The notes beneath the pieces were generated by a model. It saw only the letters and a program-made list of their open reading frames with translations, was not told where the DNA came from and ran no database searches. Shown here piece by piece: positions 1 to 11,390 of a DNA stretch of 64,000 nt. The stretch covers positions 23,802,647 through 23,866,646 of the forward strand of contig NC_081387.1 of NCBI RefSeq assembly GCF_030684315.1. The letters run 5' to 3'. Every line of letters begins with the position of its first letter. Within the stretch, counting starts at the first letter, position 1. The position numbers and the translations under genes are program-made. Source of the stretch: Stegostoma tigrinum. Its lineage: Eukaryota.

Positions 1-473
1 TTGGAAAGGGTGCACAGGAGATTTACTAGGATGTTGCCTGGTATGGAGGGAAGGTCTTATGAGGAAGGGCTGAGGGACTTGAGGCTGTTTTTGTTAGAGA
101 GAAGAAGGTTGAGAGGTGACTTAATTGAGACATATAAGATAATCAGAGGGTTAGATAGGGTGGATAGGGAGAGCCTTTTTCCTCGGATGGTGACAGCGAG
201 CACGAGGGGACATAGCTTTAAATTGAGGGGTGAAAGATATGGGACAGATGTCAAAGGTAGTTTCTTTACTCAGAGAGTAGTAAGGGTATGGAACGCTTTG
301 CCTGCAACGGTAGTAGATTCGCCAACTTTAAGTATATTTAAGTCGTCATTGGACAAGCATATGGATGTACATGGAAGAGTGTAGGTTAGATGGGCTTGAG
401 ATTGGTATAACAGGTCGGCACAACATCGAGGGCCAAAGGGCCTGTACTGTGCTGTAATGTTCTACGTTCTATG
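1..473 (+). mobile_element. CR1 LINE 3' end
   Basis: ORF2 C-terminus [27 protein letters not shown], plus 3' UTR and ttcta-type tail. Confidence 0.95.
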
Positions 474-1885
474 ATGGTGGGAAGTTTGGGAAAATATTTG
501 CTGGATATAGTCTGCATAAGTTACAGCCCAAGTCAACAAAACTGACATAGCCCAATAAACTATTTCACAGAAGAATTCCACATTTAATTACTGAGTCTGT
601 AATTAGTCAATCTGTTGTAAAAGTAGATTTTAGACTCTTCAAATAGTCTTGGGTCTAGAGTCTGAAGTAATTATAGACTCACACGTGCACACAAAATATC
701 ACTAAAAGCATCAGAGAGATTTCAGGAAGATTATGCGAGAGAGCTAATCATGGACATTGAAGAGTAGCTGCTATATCTTCGTATGAAGAATTGAATGACA
801 GATGCAGAAACAAGCAGACACTGGAAGGTGGATTGGATGAATACATTGTAAGAAACACAAGTATAAAGATTTGATTGCGCTGAGATCTGTATTGGGGCAG
901 AGTTTGAGAGCTACTTGTCACTCCACAGCGTCGAACCTCAATCACTAAACCTTTAAGAGAAATTCGCCAGCTCAAAACAGTCCAAGTGAAGGGGTGCCTC
1001 TCGCTTGGTTCTAAATCTCTTGTCTTTAATCTTACAGCATCTGATTCCTCAGCCATTGGAAACAATCTGCGATCTCTCCATAGACTGCATTGAAAGATGA
1101 GTAACATGAGAAAGTCAGCAAATTGTGCAAAGATAGAATGGGCTTAACGCTGAGCTCGCGCCCATACTAATGTGGAATGTATCTTTGATAGCCTGTTCTC
1201 CTGACCTGTCATACAACTGGTTTCCACTTTATCCTTGGGGATGGATATCACTGGCAAGTGATTTGATGTCAGCCTCGCTTGGCTGTTCTTGAAACATTGG
1301 GAAAGGTTTGGCAGCACTGAGTGGTTGGTTAGATAAGTAGTTCTCAAATTACTTAGGCTGATGGTCTCATTTTCAAATGAATCATTAATAGTTGACCCCC
1401 ACACTAACTACCACCACCCTGCACTGCTCCTTCCCTCCAAACCTAAATTAGAATGGTCATAAGATGGAATGTGTTAATCATAGGACCTTAAGAAATAGGA
1501 ACACGAGCAGGACCTTCAGCCCCTCAAGTCTGCTCCACCATTCAATAGAATCACGGCTGATTTTTCATTCCTATCATCCACTTTCCTGCCATTTCTCCAT
1601 AACTTTGACTCTCCTACTCCCCTAATCAAGAACCTATCTCACGGTTTTAAGAAAAGCAATACTCCTACTCCCTTACAGATATCTGTGAGAGAGTGGGTAA
1701 AGTTTGTCACACCTGGTCCCAACTCAGAAAATAAATTATTCTGTTGTCAGAGAGAAATAGCTAATTGAGATTTTTTATCTTTCCCAAAGCGTTTTTACTC
1801 TACGTGGTGTAATTAAAAATTCCAGTTGACAACTAACCGCAAGTAGATGAACAAGAGTATGCCATAGAGTAGGTTGAGACATATT

Positions 1886-3055
1886 TGCAGCTCCTGATGT
1901 CTTCACAGCCTTGGTTAAAACATTGACAAAACAGTTGAATACCAGGTGTCAGGTGAAAGTGACAGCCCTTGATATCAAGGTTGCATTCGACCAAGTGTGG
2001 CATCAAGGAATCCCAGCAAAGCTAGAATCAATGAGAACCTGGGGGCAATCTCTCCGGTGTTTGGAGTCATACCTGACACACAGGAAGATGGTTGCGGTTG
2101 GTGGAAGTCAGTCATCTCAGCTCCAGGACATCTCTGCAGGAGTTCCTCAGGATAAATGTCCTCGGCCTAACCATCTTCAGCCACTTTATCAATAACCTTC
2201 TCACCATAAGGTCAGAAGTGGGGATGTTCACTGATGATTGCACAATGTTCAACACCATTCACATCTCCTCTGATACTGAAGCAATCCGTGTTCAAATGCA
2301 GCAAGATCTGGACAATATCCAAACTTGGGCTGACAAGTGGCAAGAGACATTCGCACCACACAAATGCCAGCCAATGTCCATCATCTAACCATTGCCCCTT
2401 GACATTTAATGGTGTTGCCATCACTGAATCCCCCACTATCAACATCCTGGGGGTTACCATTGACCAAAAACTCAACTGGCATCACCACATAAACACAGTG
2501 GTTACAAGAGCAGATCAGAAGCTATGAATACTGAGGCAAGTGACACACCTCCTGACGTCCCAAAACCTGTCCCCAATCTACAAGGCCCAAGTCAAGAGTG
2601 TGATGGAATAATCTCCACTTGCCTGGATAAGTGCAGCTCCAACGACACTCAAGAAGCTTGACACTATCCAAGGCAAAGCAGCCGGCTTGATCAGCATTAC
2701 ATCCACTCCCTCTACAACCAACGCTCAGTAGCCACGGTGTATATTATCTGCAAGATGTGCTGGAGAAATTCACAAAAGATCCTCAGTCGGAATCTCATGA
2801 CCACTTCCATCTATAAGGACAAGGACAGCAGATAGATGGGAACGCCAACACCGTCATGTTCCTCTCCAAGCCACGCACCATCCTGACTTGGAAATACATC
2901 ACCGTTCGTTGCTGGGTCAAAATCTTGAAATTCGTGCTCTAATGGCATTATGAGTCAATCCACAGCAGGTGGACTGCAGCAATTTAAGAAGGCAGCTCAG
3001 CGCCACCTTCTCAATGGTAGCTAGGGATGGATAAGAAATACTGGCCAGCCCATGA
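1886..3055 (+). mobile_element. L2/CR1-group LINE 3' fragment (3' tail interrupted by the ERV)
   Basis: TALDIKVAFDQVWH..SAGVPQ..MFTDDC; same family as 18630-21087. Confidence 0.88.
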
Positions 3056-3781
3056 TGTCAGGTTTGTTTTCAGAGACCCCGACGGACTTGCTGCAATAAC
3101 AAGACACTGACCCGTTTAGAAAAACACAAATCCTTTATTCCCAAGCAAGTACAAGCTGTGGAGAATCACTGTACTCAACCCAGTACAGAGTGCTGTGTCT
3201 CGTAAGTAATTCTCCCCGAGCAGCGGACAGTCCCTGCTTTTTATACTTTACTAAGCACATAATACATAAAACAATTTCACATCACACAATGACATGATAC
3301 ATGAAACAATTATTACAACAGACAAAGACAGGATACCAAACAATTATTACATCAAGAACATAAAAGACCAGGATCTAGTATCGATTGTTCGTGAAGTGGC
3401 TGCTAATGGCAGGAGGCGATTTCAAGTTGTTATCAGGACAGATTGCGATTTCAAGTTACCAATGTGCCTGGCTGGAACAAAGTCAGTACCCTGGCCCCTT
3501 TGTCAGAGACAGAAGTTACATACTTCAGAAGTCTCACACCTTTACAAATGTTCCTCGCTTGACCTTATTTGAGACAGTTTAATTCTAATTTTATTCAGTC
3601 AGGAAGCTTAAGACAGTGTCTGCATACCAATGTGTGGGAAGATAAGGAGTTACAAAGTCTTACACTGAATTCCTCGCTGGGCAGGAAGCTTCAGGGCAGT
3701 GCCTGCATGCCTATGTGTAGGCAGATAAAGGACATTAATTTATAGAAGTATAGAAATCAATGGGATGTTATCACATTAACA
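3056..3781 (-). repeat. ERV 3' LTR
   Basis: TGT...ACA termini, directly after the PPT. TATAAAA near 3240-3246, AATAAA at 3134-3139, and a duplicated about 50-bp U3 motif (near 3600-3650 and 3684-3732). Confidence 0.85.
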
Positions 3782-3800
3782 TCTCATTCCCTCCTTTTAT
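3782..3800 (-). promoter_or_regulatory. Polypurine tract
   Basis: ATAAAAGGAGGGAATGAGA between the env stop and the LTR TG. Confidence 0.9.
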
Positions 3801-5201
3801 CATTTCATGATAACCAATAATGGGGCCGAGAGGGGATCTGCTAACCTGTCAAACACAAATCTGCCGCAAGGGCTCAGACATGCCATAAATGTACAGCAGG
3901 CAGCTATGACAACCACGAGAACAACTAACCCAAGCAGCAAATATGAGCCCCAAGAACCGCCCATAAGCCATCCCAACAAACCCTCTCCAGGGCGGGGTCC
4001 CTCACTGTGCTGTTCCAACTGCCCCTGTATGGCTTGGATAGCCTGGGTAATGTTATAGGACTCGTTGGTGACGTGGGTAATGCACTTGTCCCCGATAATA
4101 GTGCATACTCTCCTTGCTGAGCCAGCTGATAGTCCACTGCATACCGGGTTTGGTGAGCATAGAGCCGAAGTTTGGCTAAGTCGTGGTTGACTGCCTCCAA
4201 TGCCGTCATTGTGCTGTTTCCCAGGGCGGTGAGTCCACTTACAAGGTAATTTTGAATTTTCTTTTGTGGCCACCACCCCAGGGGAGCTTCCCAAGCCAAC
4301 AGTTCCCAGGAAGCCGTATCCCAAGGAACAGCCCAAGGCAATCGGGTTCTGCCATGCAGAGCAAAACTCCCGGCTCATGAAGCGTGTGACAATCCGCCAT
4401 CGAGTTTGTGCTTGTTGGGGACAAGGGACCGTGAGGAGCCCAATGGTCCCAACAGCAAACAGCATCGGCAGGGCTGGAGCAGCAGTTGTGAAGGCCCTGT
4501 TAAAGAGGAAAATGAATCCCTTTTTAGCCCAGTAGCAGGTAACAGACTCACGTATTTCTTGATAGCTATGCCAGGAGGACTGACCCTTATGTGGATGGAA
4601 ATTTGCGGAGTTAAATAGAAATGACCCATAGTCCATTCCTACATGAGTGCCACTGCAATCCCCACAAGTCCACTGTATGCCCGGGGTCACAGTTATTGGG
4701 TTAGATTTCAAGCAGGGGCAGTTCAACAATCCGCCTCTAGGGGTGCAATTTCTCTTTATGTACCGATGGGGCCAGGAAACATTATGGGGGTGATTAGTGA
4801 CTAGAGCATGCACACAACAAGCCCCAGTTCCATTAAAGCAAAACGGATAGCTGTTGGGACCTGTACAGTTAGCCCTTTTTTTCCCATGCCCAGGTCTAGT
4901 GTCCCCACAACCAGGGAGCCACTAACTACCAGGTTTACACATGTACCCTGCACACCCCTCGTCCAAGTTCCCCTCTCCCCTCGGCAAGGCTTACCGGAAT
5001 ACTCTATTTCATAAAGCTGACTAGGGTTCTAGGTAGGTGTTGCCACAAATAACACTTCTACAGACCTGCTAGTGGGTAACATACTGTCTCGTTCCCATGC
5101 AGCCGGGTGTGTGTTCTATAAAACAGATTGTCCAGCTGGCCATGCATGGGCAGAATAACACTCAGTCCAATGGTTAACTGCACGCTGATGGGGAAATCCA
5201 T
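3800..5201 (-). pseudogene. env: ERV env (frameshifted)
   Basis: Signal-like MDFPISVQLTIGLSVILP from ATG 5201; Gly-rich fusion peptide; HR1/ISD (QTRYAVDYQLAQQG); CTIIGDKC; TM LLLGLVVLVVVIAACC. Stop near 5058 and frameshifts near 4260 and 4110. Confidence 0.9.
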
Positions 5202-6870
5202 TGTTTACAGTCACTAAGGTGGATCCAGCGATCCTGTCCTTTAACTTTAAGGGCTGTTGGAGTCTGAAGAAGCACTTGGTACGGTCCTTTCCACCTTGGT
5301 CCAAGCTTGGAGCGACCCCAGTCCCGGACAAGTACAAAATCTCCAATCTGCGGCCACGAAGATCGATCCTGAATTTCGAGGTCTTGTTCCGGTGTCTGCG
5401 GAGGCAGTCCGAAGGCGCACTTCACCTGCGAATGGAGAAACTTTCAAGATGATGTTAGTTGTTGGAAGTACATTTGCATTTCTTCTCCCATCACATTTAG
5501 GTCAGTTTTGGTGGGTGGGCTGGTATTGGCATCCCATGGTGTTCTGCTGTGTCGGCCATAGACTATTTCCGCTGCTGAGATCCCAGTAGTAAAATGGGGT
5601 GTTATTCGCATGTGATACAAGGCTAGTGGCAAAACCTTTAACCAATTCAGGCCGGTTTCTGATGTCAACTTGGTTAGTTTAGTTTTAAGTGTTTCATTAG
5701 CCCTTTCCACTATCCTTGCCGCCCGAGGGTGGTTGGCACAGTGGAATTGTTGTTGGATGTTTAATGTATCACACAGTTCCTTATTAATTTTCCCTACAAA
5801 ATGAGGGCCGTTGTCCGAACTAATTTCTCACGGTACTCCAAACCTCAGTATTATTTCAGTTAAAAATAGTTTTACTACGGTTGAGGCTTTGTTATTTGTC
5901 ATTGGGAAAGCCTCTATCCACCTACTGAATACATCTACAATGACAAGACAATATTTGTAACTGTTTACGAGCAGCAATTCAATACAATCTAGCTGAATGC
6001 ATTCAAACGGTCCACCTGGCAAGGGTGTTTTTCCTGGTGAGCATCTCACCCCGACCCACATTGTTTTTCTGGCATGTGGGACATGATGCTATACGAGACT
6101 GGGCTGCCTCAGTCAGTCTGGGGTGCCACCAGGCACGGACCATAATACCACTCATTCCCTCCTTGCCAAGGTGGGTGTCAGAATGCAGACAGTCAACAAG
6201 CAGAGGTAACAAAGTATCAGATACACACACCTGGCCAACTGGGGTAACCCAAAGGCCTCAGGACGCAGAATGCAACATCCATGCGCCTTCCAAATATTCT
6301 TTTCAGAAGCAGGGGCGTCCCCCTGTAAGTGCCGAACAGTGACCATATCTGGCATGCCCATCTTGTCTGAAGGCGTGCGATTGACCACCTGCTTGTTCAC
6401 AGAGGGTATAATAAAAATTTCATCTGCAGCAGCCTGTTTAGCAGCCAGATCAGCCTGAGCATTTCCCCCGAGTAACTATAGAATCAACAGAGGCATGGGC
6501 AGTGCATTTGATAATAGCCAATTGTTTAGGGAGGAGGATTTCCTGGAGAAGGTTTTTAACAGACAGGGAATTGTGGATGGATGTACCTGAGGACGTTAAG
6601 AATCCACACTGGGACCAGAGTGGGGAGTGGGGCATCAGTAAGGGCCGGGCGGGGAGAGGTTAGAAATTGGTTCCTCAGCAGGCAGTCATGTGGGGGTTCA
6701 CTCAGAAATGTGGCTGGGTTAATAGTGGAGCAGGAAGAGATAAGGAACAAATCACAGGAAGAATTTGGGAACAAGGGGGGTAATCCCTGAGCTACAGTGT
6801 CCAGGCAAGTGGAGTAGTAGGCAATCGGTCATTATAATTCAAGTTTAAAGGGCCTATTGTAAACCTGTCA
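5174..6870 (-). pseudogene. pol: ERV pol 3' part: connection and RNase H fragments, integrase
   Basis: PIAYYSTCLDTVAQGLPP, TINPATFL..HDCL, GFLTSSG, HHCC zinc finger (HSDTH..CPTC), IQLD..SDNG..ERAN (DDE), PRWKGPYQVLL (GPY/F). Multiple frameshifts and deletions. Confidence 0.92.
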
Positions 6871-8444
6871 TTAAGGTGGACAAGTCCCCATGACCGGATA
6901 GGATCTATCCCAGGTTACTGAGGGAAGCGAGAGAGGAAATAGCTGGGGCCCTAACAGATATCTTTGCAGTGTCCTTCGACACGGGTGAGGTCCCAGAGGA
7001 CTGGAGACTTGCTAATGTTGTCCCCTTGTTTAAGAAGGGCAGCAAGGATAATCCAGGTAATTATCGACCGGTGAGCCTGATGTCAGTGGTAGGGAAGCTA
7101 CTGGAGAAGATACTGAGGGGTAGGATCTATTCCCATTTGGGAGAAAATGGGCTTATCAGTGATAGGCAACATGGTTTTGTACAGGGAAGGTCATGTCTTA
7201 CCAACGTAATAGAATTCTTTGAGGACGTGACAAAGTTGATTGATGAGGGTAAGGCTGTAGATGTCATATACATGGACTTCAGTAAGGCGTTTGAGAAGGC
7301 TCCCCATGGCAGGCTGATGGAGAAAGTGAAGTCACATGGGGTCCAGGGTGTGCTAGCTAGATGGATAAAAAAACTGGCTGGGCAACAGGAGACAGAGGGT
7401 CGTAGTAGAAGGGAGTTTCTCAAAATGGAGAACTGAGACCAGTGGTGTTCCACAGGGATCTGTGCTGGGACCACTGTTATTTGTGATATATGTAAATGAT
7501 CTGGAGGAAGGTGTAGGTGGTCTGATCAGCAAGTTCGCTGATGACACTAAGATTGGTGGAGTAGCTGATAGTGAAGGAGACTGTCAGAGATTACAGCAGA
7601 ATTTAGATAGACTGGAGAGTTGGGCAGATAAATGGCAGAAGGAGTTCAATCCAGGCAAATGCGAGGTGGTGCATTTTGGAAGATCAAATTCAAGGGTGAA
7701 CTATACAGTAAATAGAAAAGTCCTAGGGAAAATTGATGAACAGAGAGATCTGGGTGTTCAGGTCCATTGTTCCCTGAAGGTGACAACACAAGTCAATAGG
7801 GTGGTCAAGAAGGCATATGGCATGCTTTCCTTCATTGGGCGGGGTATTGATTACAAGAGTTGGCAGGTCATGTTGCAGTTGTATAGGACTTTGGTTCGGC
7901 CACACTTGGAGTACTGTGTTCGGTTCTGGTCGCCACATTACCAAAAGGATGTGGATGCTTGGAGAGGGTGCAGAGGAGGTTCACCAGGATGTTGCCTGGT
8001 ATGGAGGGTGCTAGCTATGAAGAGAGGTTGAATAGATTAGGATTATTTTCATTAGAAAGACGGAGATTGAGGGGGACCTGATTGAGGTCTACAAAATCAT
8101 GAGGGGTATAGACAGGGTGGATAGCAAAAAGCTTTTTCCCAGAGTGGGGGACTCAATTACTAGGGGTCATGAGTTCAAAGTGAGAGGAGGAAAGTTTAAG
8201 GGAGATATGGGTGGAAAGTTCTTTACACAGAGGGTGGTGGGCACCTGGAACACATTGCCAGCGGAGGTGGTAGACGCATACACGTTAGTGTCTTTTAAGA
8301 TATATTTGGACAGGTACATGGATGGGCAGGGAGCAAATGGACACAGACCGTCAGAAAATAGATGACAGGTTAGACAAAGGATCTTGATCAGCGCAGGCTT
8401 GGAGGGCCGAAGAGCCTGTTCCTGTGCTGTAGGTTTCTTTGTTT
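6871..8444 (+). mobile_element. 5'-truncated CR1 inserted in ERV pol
   Basis: RT motifs (YMDFSKAF, GVPQGSVLGP, KFADD), 3' tail, candidate TSD ctgtca at 6865-6870 and 8445-8450. Confidence 0.95.
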
Positions 8445-8942
8445 CTGTCAGTTTCAGTATGATGTCTGTGCGTGTGTAAGTGATGTAGTACCACACGGGG
8501 TAGGACAGCTTCAATACCCACTCTGCATGGTGAATGCGATCAGTCAGGAGGAAGGGCAACAGGGTTAGTACACGAAAGGGATCTCTGCTCTGTGTCATGT
8601 CTCATTTGCACTGTCACCATATCCCATTTGCCAAACTGAACCAGGGAGGCAGTATGGGCATTAACATTGCAATGGTTTCCTGAACTTAGAGAGAGAGTGG
8701 CATGAGGGGGAAGAAAGCTCTAGTTCGTTTAAAAAATTACCAAGCAAGAGTTGCGTGTTTTAGAGATGCGTGTGTACAGCACCATCAGTCAACAACTAGT
8801 CAAGAATTATCGTGTAAATTGACCAAATTATACATGCTATAAAAATTAACCAAATTTACCAAACACAAAAATCAGAAATTCTTGGTAATAAAAAGAGAAT
8901 TAATGTTGCACGTCCAGCGACCCTTCCTCAAAACAGGAATGA

Positions 8943-9512
8943 ATGAATGGATGGTGGTCCCTAGGACCCAGTGGAGCCACAGCTGTGGGAAAAACAGCAA
9001 GTTTCAAGAGGTATCCATTACCTGGAGAAGTGGTTGTGAATTTCAAATCAATAGCGTGTGCCATTGATGGAAAGGCGTTCTCCTGCCTTAAAGCTGCCTG
9101 GGGGGGAGGGTGGAATTTCACGGTGCTGGATATCTCGAATGGTTTCTGGTCTGTCCCGGTTCGGCAGGACCAGTACAAATTCGCATTTACTTTTAAAGGA
9201 CAACAGTACACGTGGAGTTGTCTGCCACAGGGTTTCCATTATAGCCCCAGCATTTTCCACCAGTGTTTGACAGACTGTTTAAAAGATTGCAGTGAGCCAC
9301 ACAGGGTTGTACAGTACGTGGCCGACATCCTGTTGTTCACAGACAATAGTGAGGAACATGGCCCCCTACTGAGTGAGTTGTTACAACTCCCGTACAAGAG
9401 CGGGTTGAAGGTAAACCCTAGGAAGGCACAGATAGGGTTAAGGGAGGTCAAGTTCCCGGGACTGACCCCGAGGGCTGGAGAGCGCAGCATAGATGCAGCA
9501 CAGGCTAAAGAG
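8943..9512 (+). pseudogene. Retroviral RT fragment antisense to the host ERV (spuma/lokiretrovirus-like signature)
   Basis: FTVLDISNGFWSVPV..QYKFAFTFKGQQYTWSCLPQGFHYSPSIFHQ..QYVADILL (YVDD>YVAD)..GLKVNPRKAQ. Confidence 0.88.
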
Positions 9513-10795
9513 AGCTTGGGGGTGGCTTGGTACATTTGAATAGTGCCCAGGATGTAATCTATAAAATCTTCTGGGTTAGTCTTTTCGATCAGGGGCCCTT
9601 GACATAATTAAACACATCTCTTGTGGCTTCCAAGGGGCATAGACCTGCATTGCATTTTGACCCACTTGTGTTGGGTCCGGGTTCGGGACCGTGTGAGTAG
9701 GAATTTGTCGGAGATTTTTCTTACGGGGGTCCTTCTTTAGGGGATTGCTATTCGAGGGTCTTTTCCAAACTCTGTCCTCACATTCACTATCCTCTGCCTG
9801 TGAGTCGGGACTATCATATTCTTCGCTCCTTGTAGAATCACTAGGAAACACTGAACAGGCGCTAGAGGGTCAACTGAACTGCACACGGGACTAATGTTTT
9901 CCCAGGCTTCTCTTATGGGTTTTAAAAGAATCCTGCCATCCCTCCTTTTGTCCACTAATGGTCTGTTCTGAATTCTGTTTCCTGTCTGTTTAGTTTTAGA
10001 CCGAGTACGACAGGAGATAGGGTCTGTACAAGCCGTGGGTTTGTCAGGGGATTCACGTGGGCTGACTACTGAAGGGCTTGGAGATTCTATAGCAGGTTTG
10101 GTTTGGTCTGGTCAGCGTACGGTGGCAGCGATACAGCTATGGGAGATGGCTGGGACTGATGGCAGTGTTGGGGTGCCTGCAGATGTAGGTTGGCCAAGGA
10201 CGGGTAGGGTTGTGGAGGGGGTAGTGGTCCCGATGGGACAGAGGGATGCCTTACCCAGTCCTCCTCGTCTTGCTCACCTGTATCATTAATTTGGAACAAC
10301 ATCGGCACGCCAGATATGTCAGGAGGTACCTCCGATTTTTTGTTTTCTGTCAACGCGGCCTGCCACTCTAGCCCCCGATCTTGTCTCGTTGTTCTCTCTC
10401 CTGCCTTTTTCATTTAACTCTTTCCCTTTCATTCATCTCATGATCCTCACACTGCAGTTTTAAAACTTCCCAAGTTTTAGGTTTCCCCTCGTTATCACAG
10501 GCACTGATCCCTCTCCTGTGCGCATTATCCACCCAACTGGCCAGTTTTGATTTTTCAGTCAGCTCCTCAGCTCTCTTTCACCAGAATGACATTAACCCTT
10601 TCCAGTGTCTCTCCTGCTGTAGTACATAGATCTATATCCCACGTTCCCCCCAACGGCCAATTCTCATTTCCCAATTTTTTGTTTAAGCATGCTGACAGAC
10701 GTCTGTATTGTACTTCATTTTCTGTGTCATCCCGGCATAACCGACGTAAAAGGGGTTCCGACACCCGACTTATCCAGCGCTTTCACTTTTTACTT
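9513..10795 (-). pseudogene. gag: ERV gag (MA, proline-rich region, N-terminal CA; truncated)
   Basis: MA motif NWPLGGTW; PPPQPYPSL and LPPY late-domain-like motifs; CA start VYAPWKPQEM..APDRKTNPEDFIDYILGTIQMYQATP, then cut off. Confidence 0.85.
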
Positions 10796-11152
10796 ATCTC
10801 TATATACTACAGCAGTGTCCTTAGTCTCAACACCCACTTCAGAGTCCTGACCTTCGCGTGGGGGATTCCCCTCTTAACAACCGGTCTAAGGCAGGGTGGT
10901 TGAAACAGACAGACATTGTAACTATTCTATACCTAGGTCTTGTACTAACTCCCCTCCCTTTTCCCAATTGCCCGACACAGGGTTTCACCCCCGGTCACCG
11001 GGGGATCTATCCTCCCAGATTTTAATTTTTTTTTCAGCTACTTGTCCCAGGGACTTTAGCCCCGGCCACCGGGGGAATCGAACCTCCCGGATTTTTGTTG
11101 TTTTTTTTAAGTTACTTGACTCAGGGACTCGAACACTGACCACCGGAGGACA

Positions 11153-11390
11153 CCAACCTCCCGGATTTCTTTACCCAGTTCTACCGGGGGACTCCAACCT
11201 CCCGGATTTCTTTACCCAGCTCCAGTGGGGGTCTCCAACCTCCTCGATTTCTTTACCCAGCTCCAGTGGGGGTCTCCAACCTCCTGGATTTCTTTACCCA
11301 GTTCCACTGGGGGACTCCAACCTCCCGGATTTCTTTTACCAGTTCCACTGGGGGTCTCCAACCTCCTGGATTTCTTTACCCAGTTCCACC
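11153..11390. repeat. 41-bp tandem repeat (about 6 copies) in the ERV leader
   Basis: Unit ctccaacctcccggatttctttacccagYtccastgggggW; related longer units at 10990-11150. Confidence 0.92.

Larger units (their letters stand above)
3056..11390 (-). mobile_element. Defective endogenous retrovirus (epsilon/class I-like), 5' LTR and PBS missing
   Basis: Order on the minus strand is leader repeats, gag, pol fragments, IN, env, PPT, LTR. Confidence 0.93.

Noticed and set aside
748-1107. Possible terminal exon on the minus strand (acceptor-like ctttcaatgcag)
   Set aside because: No recognisable domain or partner exon; cannot be supported from sequence alone.
3800-4813. Intact, co-opted syncytin-like env
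   Set aside because: The ORF lacks the signal peptide (stop near 5058), and its HR1/ISD is out of frame.
11153-11390. CRISPR-like array
   Set aside because: Head-to-tail 41-bp units without unique spacers, in vertebrate ERV leader context, with no cas genes.
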